Shown in pieces: positions 20,423-29,236 of a DNA stretch of 64,000 nt. The stretch comes from Clostridiales bacterium (GTDB lineage Bacteria; Bacillota; Clostridia; Saccharofermentanales; Saccharofermentanaceae): assembly GCA_017513085.1 (NCBI GenBank), contig JAFWDK010000019.1:128001-192000 (forward strand). The letters run 5' to 3'. Numbering within the stretch: position 1 is the stretch's first letter; each line of letters opens with the position of its first letter. The notes beneath the pieces were generated by a model. That model did not search any database. It was not told the DNA's origin and saw only the letters and a list, made by a program, of their open reading frames with translations. The position numbers were made by a program, and so were the translations under genes.

Positions 20423-21274
20423 TTATTTCAAATCTCTCTTTCTGTTCACGAGAATCGCAAGTCCAAGACCGAATCCGATATAAGCCAGAGCAACAAGGAT
20501 CGATCTGACTGTATCTCCGGATGACATTTCGGCATTATAAGAAAGATATACATTATCCAGACAATAATCGGAAATCTTAAAGTAATTCGCCTCATTCACA
20601 CCCACGACATCCATCAGGATATCCTGTGCATTGGCTCCGCTAAGATTTGCAATCAGTATGTCGATCAGTCTTTCCACCGTCTGAAGAAGACCGGAAGCGA
20701 TGATGATACCGATAACCATACCTCCGGCCGCACTCCTAAAGAGTGACGTGATCAGGAAAGTCATCGTTACAAAAGCAACAAAGCAGATATACGTTACCAG
20801 AAGTACTCTAAAATAGTCTCCCCACTGACTGTTCGAGAAATGCTTCAAAATAATCGCATTGCTGAAAAGAGTCAGGAAAGAATATACAAAGAAGATACCG
20901 GAAACGACAGTGATCAAAGACGTCCACTTCGCCCAGGTGAATTTCCACTTCTCTTCAAACAGATTGTAAGTATTCTTAATAAATCCTTTTGAATAATCCG
21001 AATTTACGAAAATAACCGTAAAAATCGTTATCAGAATATTAAACGCATCACTGGTAGATACATGAAACGTATGAAGAGTGGCCGGGTAAACCGAAGAAGC
21101 CTTATAATTCGACTCTGCAGTAATACCTGCAACACTCATCAGGATCTCATCATTAAAAACAAAGAAAGCCAATGCGGAATTGATAAAGAAAAACACTCCC
21201 AAAAGAATGCCGATCACAAGAGTCGACGTTGCCTTGGATGATCTGTAAATGTGCATTTTATAAAGATTAAGCAT
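20423..21274 (-). CDS. ABC-2-type permease (module 1)
   Basis: 6 TM helices, SDYSKGFIKN, C-terminal KRDL; start MLNLYK at 21274 gives the same overlap geometry as module 2. Confidence 0.85.
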   Translation of the reverse strand: MLNLYKMHIYRSSKATSTLVIGILLGVFFFINSALAFFVFNDEILMSVAGITAESNYKASSVYPATLHTFHVSTSDAFNILITIFTVIFVNSDYSKGFIKNTYNLFEEKWKFTWAKWTSLITVVSGIFFVYSFLTLFSNAIILKHFSNSQWGDYFRVLLVTYICFVAFVTMTFLITSLFRSAAGGMVIGIIIASGLLQTVERLIDILIANLSGANAQDILMDVVGVNEANYFKISDYCLDNVYLSYNAEMSSGDTVRSILVALAYIGFGLGLAILVNRKRDLK

Positions 21275-22178
21275 TCGGCTCACCTCCCGTCAGCTGGAAA
21301 TAGTATTCTTCAAGAGATTGGCCTTCTTTTCTCATCTCCAGAGTCTGCACATCCGATTTCGCCAATGCCATGGAGATCGCGCCCATCTCTTCTACTCTTT
21401 CCCTGATTTCAAAATGCTCGCCGGTAAATGTATAGTCCGTGATCCCAAGAGAAGCCAGGATCTGTTTTGTCTTTTCGACATCACTCGTTCTAAATACTGC
21501 ATAAGCCTTACATCTTTGCAGAAGATCCTCATTCGTCGCCTCATCGATCAGTTTTCCATGATGGATGATGCCATAGCGGTCAGCGATCTTCGACAACTCG
21601 TCAAGAATGTGACTGGAAACTATGATCGTGATCTTTCTTTCCGTACACAATCTTCTGATCAAAGTACGGATCTCCGCGATACCCTGCGGATCGAGGCCAT
21701 TGATCGGCTCGTCAAGAAGAAGGAGTTCCGGAGAGTTTACCATCGCCAGAGCAATTCCCAGACGCTGCTTCATACCAAGCGAGAAATTCTTTACCGGCTT
21801 CTTCTCCACTCCGCCAAGTCCGACCAGAACCAGAAGCTGTCTCAAGTAGTTGTCATCTTTCATGCCGAAAGCAAGTGCTTTTGCCTTCAGATTCTGAAAA
21901 GCACTGAGATTCTGATAAATGCCGGGATCTTCGATCAAAACGCCGACACGCGGCATCATAGCCTTTGTTGACTCTCCATTCACACCGGTAATGGTAAAAG
22001 AACCTTCCGTTGGAAAAGAAAGAGTCCCCAGCATCTTAAGCAAAGTAGTCTTTCCTGCACCGTTTCGTCCGATGAGGCCGTAAACTTCGCCACGGGCAAC
22101 ATGGATCGAAACCGCGTCAACGGCGGTAACTTTGCTGAACTTTTTTGTGATCTTATCTGTGGTCAGAATATAATCCAT
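21267..22178 (-). CDS. ABC ATPase, BcrA/LanF type (copy 1)
   Basis: GRNGAGKTT, GVLIEDPG, FSLGMKQR; 303 aa. Confidence 0.93.
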   Translation of the reverse strand: MDYILTTDKITKKFSKVTAVDAVSIHVARGEVYGLIGRNGAGKTTLLKMLGTLSFPTEGSFTITGVNGESTKAMMPRVGVLIEDPGIYQNLSAFQNLKAKALAFGMKDDNYLRQLLVLVGLGGVEKKPVKNFSLGMKQRLGIALAMVNSPELLLLDEPINGLDPQGIAEIRTLIRRLCTERKITIIVSSHILDELSKIADRYGIIHHGKLIDEATNEDLLQRCKAYAVFRTSDVEKTKQILASLGITDYTFTGEHFEIRERVEEMGAISMALAKSDVQTLEMRKEGQSLEEYYFQLTGGEPNA

Positions 22179-22192
22179 CGTTCACGACTCCT

Positions 22193-22873
22193 TTATTTTG
22201 CTAATTTATAACCAATACCCCAAACTGTCTCGATAAACTCAGTATCTGTAAACTCTTTTAATTTCTTTCTTATATTACTGATATGCACATTGATCGTTTT
22301 ATCTTCTCCGATATAGATCTCGTTCCATGCACAGTCATAGATATCCTGTTTGGTGAATACTCTCTTCGGATGCGCGACAAGAAGCTCCAGGATCTGGAAT
22401 TCACGCTTGGTCAGCTGAACTTCGTTGTTGTTCACCAAAACCGTGAACGATTCTTCGTCAAGCGTCAGTTCCTTGTATTCCAGTTTCGTGCCGTTGGATT
22501 CTCCGCTTTTTTGAGAAGACCGGCGGATCTGAACTGCGACACGTGCCAGAAGTTCAGGGATCTCAAAAGGTTTCGTGATATAGTCTTCTGCACCGGAAGT
22601 CAGCATCTCGACCTTGGTATCCATCTCGTCCTTAGCCGATACAACAATGACAGGAGTATCCTTGATTGCTTTCAGTTTCGGGAAAAGCTCATCACCACAT
22701 AGACCCGGAAGCATCATGTCCATAAGGACAAGATCAAAATTGTCTTTTTCAAAATAGAGTAGCGCCTCTGTTCCGGAGAATGCCTGCTGGCACTCATAGC
22801 CGTTCTTTTTCAAAGCATCGGCCATCAGATGGTTGATTTCCGTATTGTCTTCAACGATCAGTATTTTCTTCAT
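22193..22873 (-). CDS. OmpR-family response regulator
   Basis: KILIVED, LMDMMLPG, DYITKPF, winged helix TINVHISNIRKK...IETVWGIGY. Confidence 0.96.
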   Translation of the reverse strand: MKKILIVEDNTEINHLMADALKKNGYECQQAFSGTEALLYFEKDNFDLVLMDMMLPGLCGDELFPKLKAIKDTPVIVVSAKDEMDTKVEMLTSGAEDYITKPFEIPELLARVAVQIRRSSQKSGESNGTKLEYKELTLDEESFTVLVNNNEVQLTKREFQILELLVAHPKRVFTKQDIYDCAWNEIYIGEDKTINVHISNIRKKLKEFTDTEFIETVWGIGYKLAK

Positions 22874-23006
22874 AATTAAAACCCTCTTCTTCCTAGTCAC
22901 TCTAGAATATCATACCACATTTCCACTTTGCCTATATCTTTTTCCTAACCTTACTATCGAAAAAATGTTATACTCTAACACATATCGATGAAACGAGGAC
23001 GCACTC

Positions 23007-23744
23007 ATGCAGAAAGATGCTGTTTCCGGAAGATTGCTCCTTCCGAATCTCTATAACGCCCGAGACTTAGGAAACATGCCTTATGGCGATGGCAGAAAAA
23101 CTGCTTCGTGTCGACTGATCCGTTCCGATGCACTGGACCATCTTACCTCCTCCGAAGCCGAGGAGCTCTCCCGATATCCTGTCAAAGCCGTCATCGATCT
23201 TCGCTCGGAAGCGGAAGCAGAAGCCCATCCGGACACGATACGGGACGATCCACGCTTTACGTACTACAACATCCCGCTTTTGGTCATCAACGCTGACGAC
23301 GTCGGTGAATCATTTATTCAGGCTGTCATTTCGTCGTCTTTGGGAGATATGTACGTATGGCTTTTCGAGAACGCCAAAGACCGCATCGCAAAAGTACTGC
23401 GCACTATTCTAAAAGAATACCCCGGAGCAGTGCTTTTTCATTGTGCGCACGGAAAAGACCGAACCGGACTTATTGCTGCGATCTTCTATCTTCTCATGGG
23501 CGTGTCTTACGAAGAAATCATCAAGAATTATGCTGTCTCCTATGAGTATGTCCGAGAACTGGTTGCGCCACTCATGGCCGGCACACCGGATCACGTCCAC
23601 CACATTTACCGAAGCGATGCTTCCAATATGGAGAAACTTCTGGCTCATTTTGACAAGGCTTACGAGGGAAACGTAGAAAAATATCTTCTCTCTTGCGGTC
23701 TAAGTTCACAAGAGCTGGAAAGCTTGAAACAAGTGCTTTTGTAA
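23007..23744 (+). CDS. tyrosine/dual-specificity phosphatase (Y_phosphatase3, PtpB/LipA-like)
   Basis: NARDLG, IDLRS, active site HCAHGKDRTG. Confidence 0.92.
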   Translation: MQKDAVSGRLLLPNLYNARDLGNMPYGDGRKTASCRLIRSDALDHLTSSEAEELSRYPVKAVIDLRSEAEAEAHPDTIRDDPRFTYYNIPLLVINADDVGESFIQAVISSSLGDMYVWLFENAKDRIAKVLRTILKEYPGAVLFHCAHGKDRTGLIAAIFYLLMGVSYEEIIKNYAVSYEYVRELVAPLMAGTPDHVHHIYRSDASNMEKLLAHFDKAYEGNVEKYLLSCGLSSQELESLKQVLL

Positions 23745-23754
23745 CAGTGTGAAA

Positions 23755-25116
23755 TCAATTTGAACGGCACCAGGCAAGAAGGATCTCCGATATCGGGAGT
23801 CCGCCTTCGCCGGAATTTTGCTCCGTTTCTTCAGAATTCTCTTCCGGATCCGCTACAAGGATAGAAAGCTCATAGCGCTCATTATCTACTGTAAGGTCCA
23901 AATCGTAGTCGGTCTTATCGGCGAACGGATACCGTTCCAGGATATCCCAGGTCGTGCTGTCGCTTGAAATCGAAGTACCGATCGTAACTTTCGACGTGTC
24001 CCAGATGCGGAAATGCACAAAGTTGCCTTCCCAGTCCGATTCATCGTTATAAATGCCATATATCGTGATAGCAAAGCCTTTGTACCTGACAAGAATATTT
24101 CTGTACGAGACTTCATCGCCATCCCAGCGTTTCTCGGTCTTGATCACCGGGCCGCACGAAATGGAGATCGGAGTCCCCAGAAAAGTCTGGATCTGCGCGG
24201 AGGTCGCATTTTCACCGATTCGGATAGCACGGTGCCCGTTATAGTACAGATACAGATCTGCTGTCTTCAATTCACTTGTAATCGAATCATCAACAGAGAT
24301 CTCATTGGATGAATTATAAGTAAAGTGAACATATCTGGACTTAGTCTGAAGCTGGGTATCAAATACTTCCGGCTGCATAAATACAAGATTCGCCGCATTT
24401 AATGAGCAAAGTTCATAACCGGAAAAGTCCGTCTTCACATTACTGGAATAGAATCGGATCATCTCTTTAGCCTTAGACGTAAGCACTGTATCGGATTCGC
24501 GAAGCGAGTCATCAATACCGGTATTGCGCAACAAAGATACCACATCACCCAGATTGCCATTCTGGTACGCTTCAAAATAGTGCACGGAAAAAGCATAAAT
24601 ATTCATACATCTTCGTGCCCATTGGCGGCTCAAATATACCGTCCCGTTAGCTTTTTGCTGCAGATAAAAATAGATCGGCACGGAAGAAAGGCGCTCGCGG
24701 TTCGTGCCGACTTTGATCGGAATACAGGTGTTGTAGATCGTCACGTACTCTTTCGAGCCGGTTTTCAGCATTTCGGCGATCAAGTCTTCCCGCTCTTTCC
24801 CGTAGGCAATGTCAAATCCATTGATCACTCCGCCTGCCGGGATCATCTTGTTTAAGACAGAGATATACTCGTAGTATTCCGAAAAGCTCATACCATCCCG
24901 CTGACTCTCAGGGATCTGATAAAAATACGTTTCTGATTCAGCAATATCGAGCATGGAACTGACGACCAGTCGCGCCATTTCCGGAATACCGATTTCTTTT
25001 TCGGAAAAGACCTTGGAATGACAAGCCGAGACAGACGCAAGGACAAAGATCGCAAGTAAAAGCATTGCGACTTTTTTTCGGAGAGATCTGCCTCGTTGTC
25101 CGTCCTTCTTCGCCAT
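23755..25116 (-). CDS. hypothetical lipoprotein
   Basis: Basic N-terminus, hydrophobic stretch and lipobox VSAC; start uncertain (25116 or 25146). Confidence 0.75.
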   Translation of the reverse strand: MAKKDGQRGRSLRKKVAMLLLAIFVLASVSACHSKVFSEKEIGIPEMARLVVSSMLDIAESETYFYQIPESQRDGMSFSEYYEYISVLNKMIPAGGVINGFDIAYGKEREDLIAEMLKTGSKEYVTIYNTCIPIKVGTNRERLSSVPIYFYLQQKANGTVYLSRQWARRCMNIYAFSVHYFEAYQNGNLGDVVSLLRNTGIDDSLRESDTVLTSKAKEMIRFYSSNVKTDFSGYELCSLNAANLVFMQPEVFDTQLQTKSRYVHFTYNSSNEISVDDSITSELKTADLYLYYNGHRAIRIGENATSAQIQTFLGTPISISCGPVIKTEKRWDGDEVSYRNILVRYKGFAITIYGIYNDESDWEGNFVHFRIWDTSKVTIGTSISSDSTTWDILERYPFADKTDYDLDLTVDNERYELSILVADPEENSEETEQNSGEGGLPISEILLAWCRSN

Positions 25117-25174
25117 ACTCAGTCTGTTTTCGTCCTTTCGCTCCAATCTGTGTCGCTAAGATCAGCCAGCCTTA

Positions 25175-26071
25175 TTATACTGCGTTTTTTCCCCGGCGTT
25201 GTTTCACCGCTTCAAAAACTACGATACCTGCAGCAACTGCCGCATTAAGGCTGTTGACCGATCCCGCCATGGGAATGGAAAGAAGGTAATCGCACTTGTC
25301 CTTAATATTCTTACTCATGCCTTCCCCTTCACTTCCGATAACTATGACCATCGGTCCGCTCCAGACATCATCGCTATAGAGATTAGTTCCTTCAGCGTCT
25401 GTACCGGCTACCCAGAAGCCTTTATCCTTCAATTCCAGAAGTGTCCTGGAAAGATTTTTGACTCTGGCAACAGGAACATACTCAATAGCTCCGGCAGATG
25501 CTTTGGCAACCATAGAATCCAGTCCGATCGAACGGTGCTGCGGTATGATTACGCCATGAACACCGGCAGCGTCAGCAATACGCAGGATCGATCCCAGATT
25601 ATAAGCATCCTTCAGTTCATCCAAAGCCAGGAGCAGAGGTGCTTCACCTTTGTCCTGCGCCTTTTGAAGGATCTCATCGATATCGACGTATTCGTGGCTG
25701 GCTACCTGAGCAATCACACCTTGATGGTTTCTTGTCTGGGACATGTTATCCAGATTCTGTCTGGGCACTTCCATGATCGGCACTTTCTTCTCTTTTGCCA
25801 GATTGATGATACGCGCAAGCACCGGATCCGGTCTTGCCCCGTCCTGGAGTTTAAGCACATACAGTTTATTGATTTCACGCCCGCTCCGGATCGCTTCCAA
25901 AACCGGGTTTCTTCCTTCTATACGGTCATCTGTCGGTGTGTTTTCCGATGTTCCCTCAAAGTTATTTCCGACCTTGGGAAGGTCAACAAACAAACCCTTA
26001 GCCTCTCTCGGGCGGCCAATATCATGCCCGTTCCTTCTAGGTGAACGATTACCGAAATTACCAGAACGCAT
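25175..26071 (-). CDS. rlmB: 23S rRNA (Gm2251) methyltransferase, SpoU/TrmH family
   Basis: GRNPVLE, HQGVIA, NLGSILR, GSEGEG, SLNAAVAAG; canonical cysS-mrnC-rlmB order. Confidence 0.93.
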   Translation of the reverse strand: MRSGNFGNRSPRRNGHDIGRPREAKGLFVDLPKVGNNFEGTSENTPTDDRIEGRNPVLEAIRSGREINKLYVLKLQDGARPDPVLARIINLAKEKKVPIMEVPRQNLDNMSQTRNHQGVIAQVASHEYVDIDEILQKAQDKGEAPLLLALDELKDAYNLGSILRIADAAGVHGVIIPQHRSIGLDSMVAKASAGAIEYVPVARVKNLSRTLLELKDKGFWVAGTDAEGTNLYSDDVWSGPMVIVIGSEGEGMSKNIKDKCDYLLSIPMAGSVNSLNAAVAAGIVVFEAVKQRRGKNAV

Positions 26072-26086
26072 ACTGCTCTCCTTGTC

Positions 26087-26503
26087 TTATTTGCTTTCCT
26101 TATTCTCCTGCTCACAAATCAGCATAATGCGGTTTAGCAGAAGATCCAGACGTTCTTCTTTATTGGTCAGATACAAGTATCCGATCAGAGTCTCAAGGCC
26201 GGTTGCATATTTATAATCGGCCGGACTCGCATTCTTAGCCATACTGCCCTGATGTCCGTTCTTGCCTCTCCGGAAAACATTCTGTTCCTCCTCGGTCAGT
26301 TCATCCATCAGCGCGCGTACCGCATTGGCCTGTGCCGGAGCACTTACGTATTTCACGGATTTCTTATGCAGCACTCCCGACTGGCCGCCGATTCGTGCCA
26401 CGATATGCATACGCACATACAATTCATAGACAGCGTCTCCAACATACGCCAGCACAGACGTCGGGACCTCTCGTATATCCTCCGGCGGGATCGGGATCAT
26501 CAT
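26087..26503 (-). CDS. mrnC: Mini-ribonuclease III
   Basis: LAYVGDAVYEL, YVSAPAQA, RRGKN, ATGLETLIGYLY. Confidence 0.95.
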   Translation of the reverse strand: MMIPIPPEDIREVPTSVLAYVGDAVYELYVRMHIVARIGGQSGVLHKKSVKYVSAPAQANAVRALMDELTEEEQNVFRRGKNGHQGSMAKNASPADYKYATGLETLIGYLYLTNKEERLDLLLNRIMLICEQENKESK

Positions 26504-27927
26504 TTTTTCGTCACCTGCGGACCTTGCGGTGTATCCTTGATCTGATAGCCCATCTCGGAAACCTGATCGCGAAGTGCATCGGCCTTGGCAAAATCCTTAT
26601 TCTTCTTCGCTTCCACTCTCTGCTGAACCAGATCCATGATCTCGGCAGGAATGCCACTGTCTTTGTTCAGGAGTTCGCGGATATCCAGACCCAGCACGCC
26701 CATCAGCTCGCAGATCATGTCGGCCGCAGTTCTGATCGAAGAAGCCGAAACGTCCTTGGCTGTAAGATGTGTATTGAGTACACGAACAAGAGTATAAACA
26801 GAAGTGATCGCATCCGCCGTATTCATATCATCGTCCATATTGGCAATAAAAGATGTCTTTGCCTCCGCAGTCGCATCGGCAAGTTCTCTCTCTGCACCTT
26901 CGTCAGGCGTCAGGCCTGCCTCCGCCTCGTGACTTAACACAAAGTCCGAAGACTCGACTGCCGTCTCGATCCTCTCCAGTCCATTCTGCGCAGATTGCAA
27001 AAGCTCATCACTGAAGTTGATCGGCATTCTGTAGTGACCGGAAAGGATAAAGAAACGAATGACCTCATACGGAAACTTCGCCACGATATCACGGATCGTA
27101 AAGAAATTTCCGAGAGATTTACTCATCTTCTCGTTATTCACATTTACAAATGCATTATGCATCCAGTAATGGGCGAACGGGCATCCGTTTGCCGCTTCAC
27201 TCTGAGCAATCTCATTCTCATGGTGCGGGAAGATAAGATCCTGTCCGCCGCCATGGATATCCACAGTCTTGCCAAGATATTTTCTGTTCATCGCCGAGCA
27301 CTCGATATGCCAGCCCGGACGTCCATCGCCCCACGGAGACGGCCAGAATGGTTCGCCTTCCTTCTTAAACTTCCAAAGCGCAAAGTCAGCCGGATTTCTC
27401 TTTCCCTCGTAGGAAGCACCACGTTCGCCGGCTCCGGCTACCAGGTCCTCGAGATTATAGTGGGAAAGCTTACCATAGTCTTTAAACTTCGGAACATCGT
27501 AATACACGCCGTCGCCCTCGATGATGTAAGCATATCCTTTGTCCATCAGGTCAGAGATCAGATTAATGATTTCATCCATCGTTTCCGTAGCTCTCGGCTG
27601 GTATGTCGGACGCTTGATGCCCAAAGCATCCGCATCCTTATAGTATTCCGCGATATAGCGGTCTGCGATCTCTTTAACCGTAGTACCCTCTTCGTTAGCT
27701 CTCTTGATCATCTTGTCATCGATATCGGTAAAATTCTGGCAGAATGTTACTTCATATCCTCTGTACTCAAGATAACGGCGCAAAGTGTCAAATGTTACAA
27801 ACGGACGGGCATTTCCAAGATGGAAGTAGTTATATACCGTCGGGCCGCAAGCGTAAAGCTTCACCTTGCCCTCTTCCATCGGTACAAATTCTTCCTTCAT
27901 TCTCGACATCGTATTAAAAATTTTCAT
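26500..27927 (-). CDS. cysS: cysteinyl-tRNA synthetase
   Basis: YACGPTVY, HLGNAR, PGWHIECSAM, FPHHENE, KMSKSLGNF. Confidence 0.99.
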   Translation of the reverse strand: MKIFNTMSRMKEEFVPMEEGKVKLYACGPTVYNYFHLGNARPFVTFDTLRRYLEYRGYEVTFCQNFTDIDDKMIKRANEEGTTVKEIADRYIAEYYKDADALGIKRPTYQPRATETMDEIINLISDLMDKGYAYIIEGDGVYYDVPKFKDYGKLSHYNLEDLVAGAGERGASYEGKRNPADFALWKFKKEGEPFWPSPWGDGRPGWHIECSAMNRKYLGKTVDIHGGGQDLIFPHHENEIAQSEAANGCPFAHYWMHNAFVNVNNEKMSKSLGNFFTIRDIVAKFPYEVIRFFILSGHYRMPINFSDELLQSAQNGLERIETAVESSDFVLSHEAEAGLTPDEGAERELADATAEAKTSFIANMDDDMNTADAITSVYTLVRVLNTHLTAKDVSASSIRTAADMICELMGVLGLDIRELLNKDSGIPAEIMDLVQQRVEAKKNKDFAKADALRDQVSEMGYQIKDTPQGPQVTKK

Positions 27928-28133
27928 TTTCTATTCCTCCAATATTTTCGTTTTTTCCGACAGGAAATGGTTTCCTTATGTGCCCAAGCAAATACTATCG
28001 CTCCGACACGCAAGTACAGACACGGCAACATCGTGCGTGAGCAAATGCATTCGCGCCGATCCTGAACAAAAACGATCTTTTCGGATAGGGATAAAAAGCA
28101 TGAAAATACGGGTAAAGGACAGCAGATAAAAGC

Positions 28134-28153
28134 AAGCCTGCCAAGGCAGGCTC
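28134..28153 (-). terminator. GC-rich hairpin downstream of 6S RNA
   Basis: AGCCTGCC-TT-GGCAGGCT followed by TGCTTTT on the minus strand. Confidence 0.55.
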
Positions 28154-28218
28154 ACGCTTCGTGACCAGTTTTGAATCTATCCAACGATCCATTCTTCTTC
28201 CCGCTCTTTTTTGCAAAT

Positions 28219-28394
28219 AAAAGCCCAAAACCGCTACCCACTTTTGACACCTAGCTACAGCCAGGTGGGTACCCTGCGGCAGTCTAAGATCTTCCTAAAG
28301 GAAAATACTAGGCCTGATCGTCTCTGCTTCGACGCGGATTCCCGTTTATGTCATGAAGGTTCAAAAACATGAGCATCAGCTTTAGGTTGACTTT
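28219..28394 (-). ncRNA. ssrS: 6S RNA
   Basis: About 175-nt intergenic RNA with clostridial 6S-like elements (TTGAACC...CGGGA...GGGTACCCACCTG...AGGTGTCAAAA), loosely complementary ends (CCTAAAGCTG / CGGTTTTGGG) and TATAAT just upstream; ends approximate. Confidence 0.82.
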
Positions 28395-28441
28395 ATTATA
28401 TCAATATATACTTCAATTGTGAAGAAAAAGACTGTTACCAA

Positions 28442-29236
28442 TTAGTGACATTTCGTAATTTTTTTGGTGTCTTTTTCGTCGTTTTGACGGGAAGCAACGC
28501 GATGTGAGGCGCATACAACTCCCAGAACTTCGCCGGCGCCGGCTTCAATCAGAGTCTGGGCAGCCTCATGAATTGTCGCTCCCGAAGTAAGGATGTCATC
28601 CACCACAAGGAGCCGCACACCCTCAATATCCCATTCCGGCTCTACGCCAAAAGCACCTTCAATATTCTTCTGGCGGACCAACGGATCATTAAAACGGCTC
28701 TGCTGCTTCGTATGTCTTTTACGATAAAGCACATTTTCAAGAAGCGGGATTTGAAGGATCTGCGCAATCTCCCGAGCAATCACAGCAGCCTGATTATATC
28801 CTCTCTTCTCCAGCCTTTTCGAAGATAGCGGAATCGGAACAATGGCATCCGGAAGATAAGGCAGATCATGAAGAAGTTCTCGTCCCATCAGTTTTCCGAG
28901 TGCCGTCCCGCAGTATTCACCATCATGAAACTTTAACCGTCGGAGCAAAGAAGTAACCGGCATCTCATAATGAAAAAGCACCCAAACCTGAAGGTCCGGT
29001 ATCTTATCTTCGTCATACGGATCGGAAAGGCAGGGATGAACCCTTTCTTTTCCTATGCGGATCGGAAGTTTGGAAAGACAGGTCTTGCAAAGACCCATCT
29101 GTAAAAGTCCAGGGGTACAGTTCTGTCCTTCAGTCAGAACTCGTCCACAGACGATACAGATCGGAGGAAAGAAATAACGGACGACCGACTTCCAGAATGC
29201 TCTATCCGGAAAAGCAAAGAAATGGTCCGGACTCAT
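28442..29236 (-). CDS. comF: ComF-family amidophosphoribosyltransferase-like competence protein
   Basis: FPPICIVC...CKTC, PIPLS...RGYNQA, LVVDDILTSGATI. Confidence 0.9.
   Translation of the reverse strand: MSPDHFFAFPDRAFWKSVVRYFFPPICIVCGRVLTEGQNCTPGLLQMGLCKTCLSKLPIRIGKERVHPCLSDPYDEDKIPDLQVWVLFHYEMPVTSLLRRLKFHDGEYCGTALGKLMGRELLHDLPYLPDAIVPIPLSSKRLEKRGYNQAAVIAREIAQILQIPLLENVLYRKRHTKQQSRFNDPLVRQKNIEGAFGVEPEWDIEGVRLLVVDDILTSGATIHEAAQTLIEAGAGEVLGVVCASHRVASRQNDEKDTKKITKCH

Noticed and set aside
14935-22873. Lantibiotic biosynthesis cluster
   Set aside because: No lanB/C/M/T gene or precursor peptide; only transporter and regulatory genes.
14746-22900. Genomic island integrated at tRNA-Arg carrying the ABC array
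   Set aside because: The array lies on the 5' side of the tRNA, and I saw no integrase or duplicated tRNA 3' end.
27995-28228. 77-aa ORF upstream of cysS as a leader peptide
   Set aside because: It starts inside the 6S RNA 3' end with no RBS and crosses a terminator-like hairpin.
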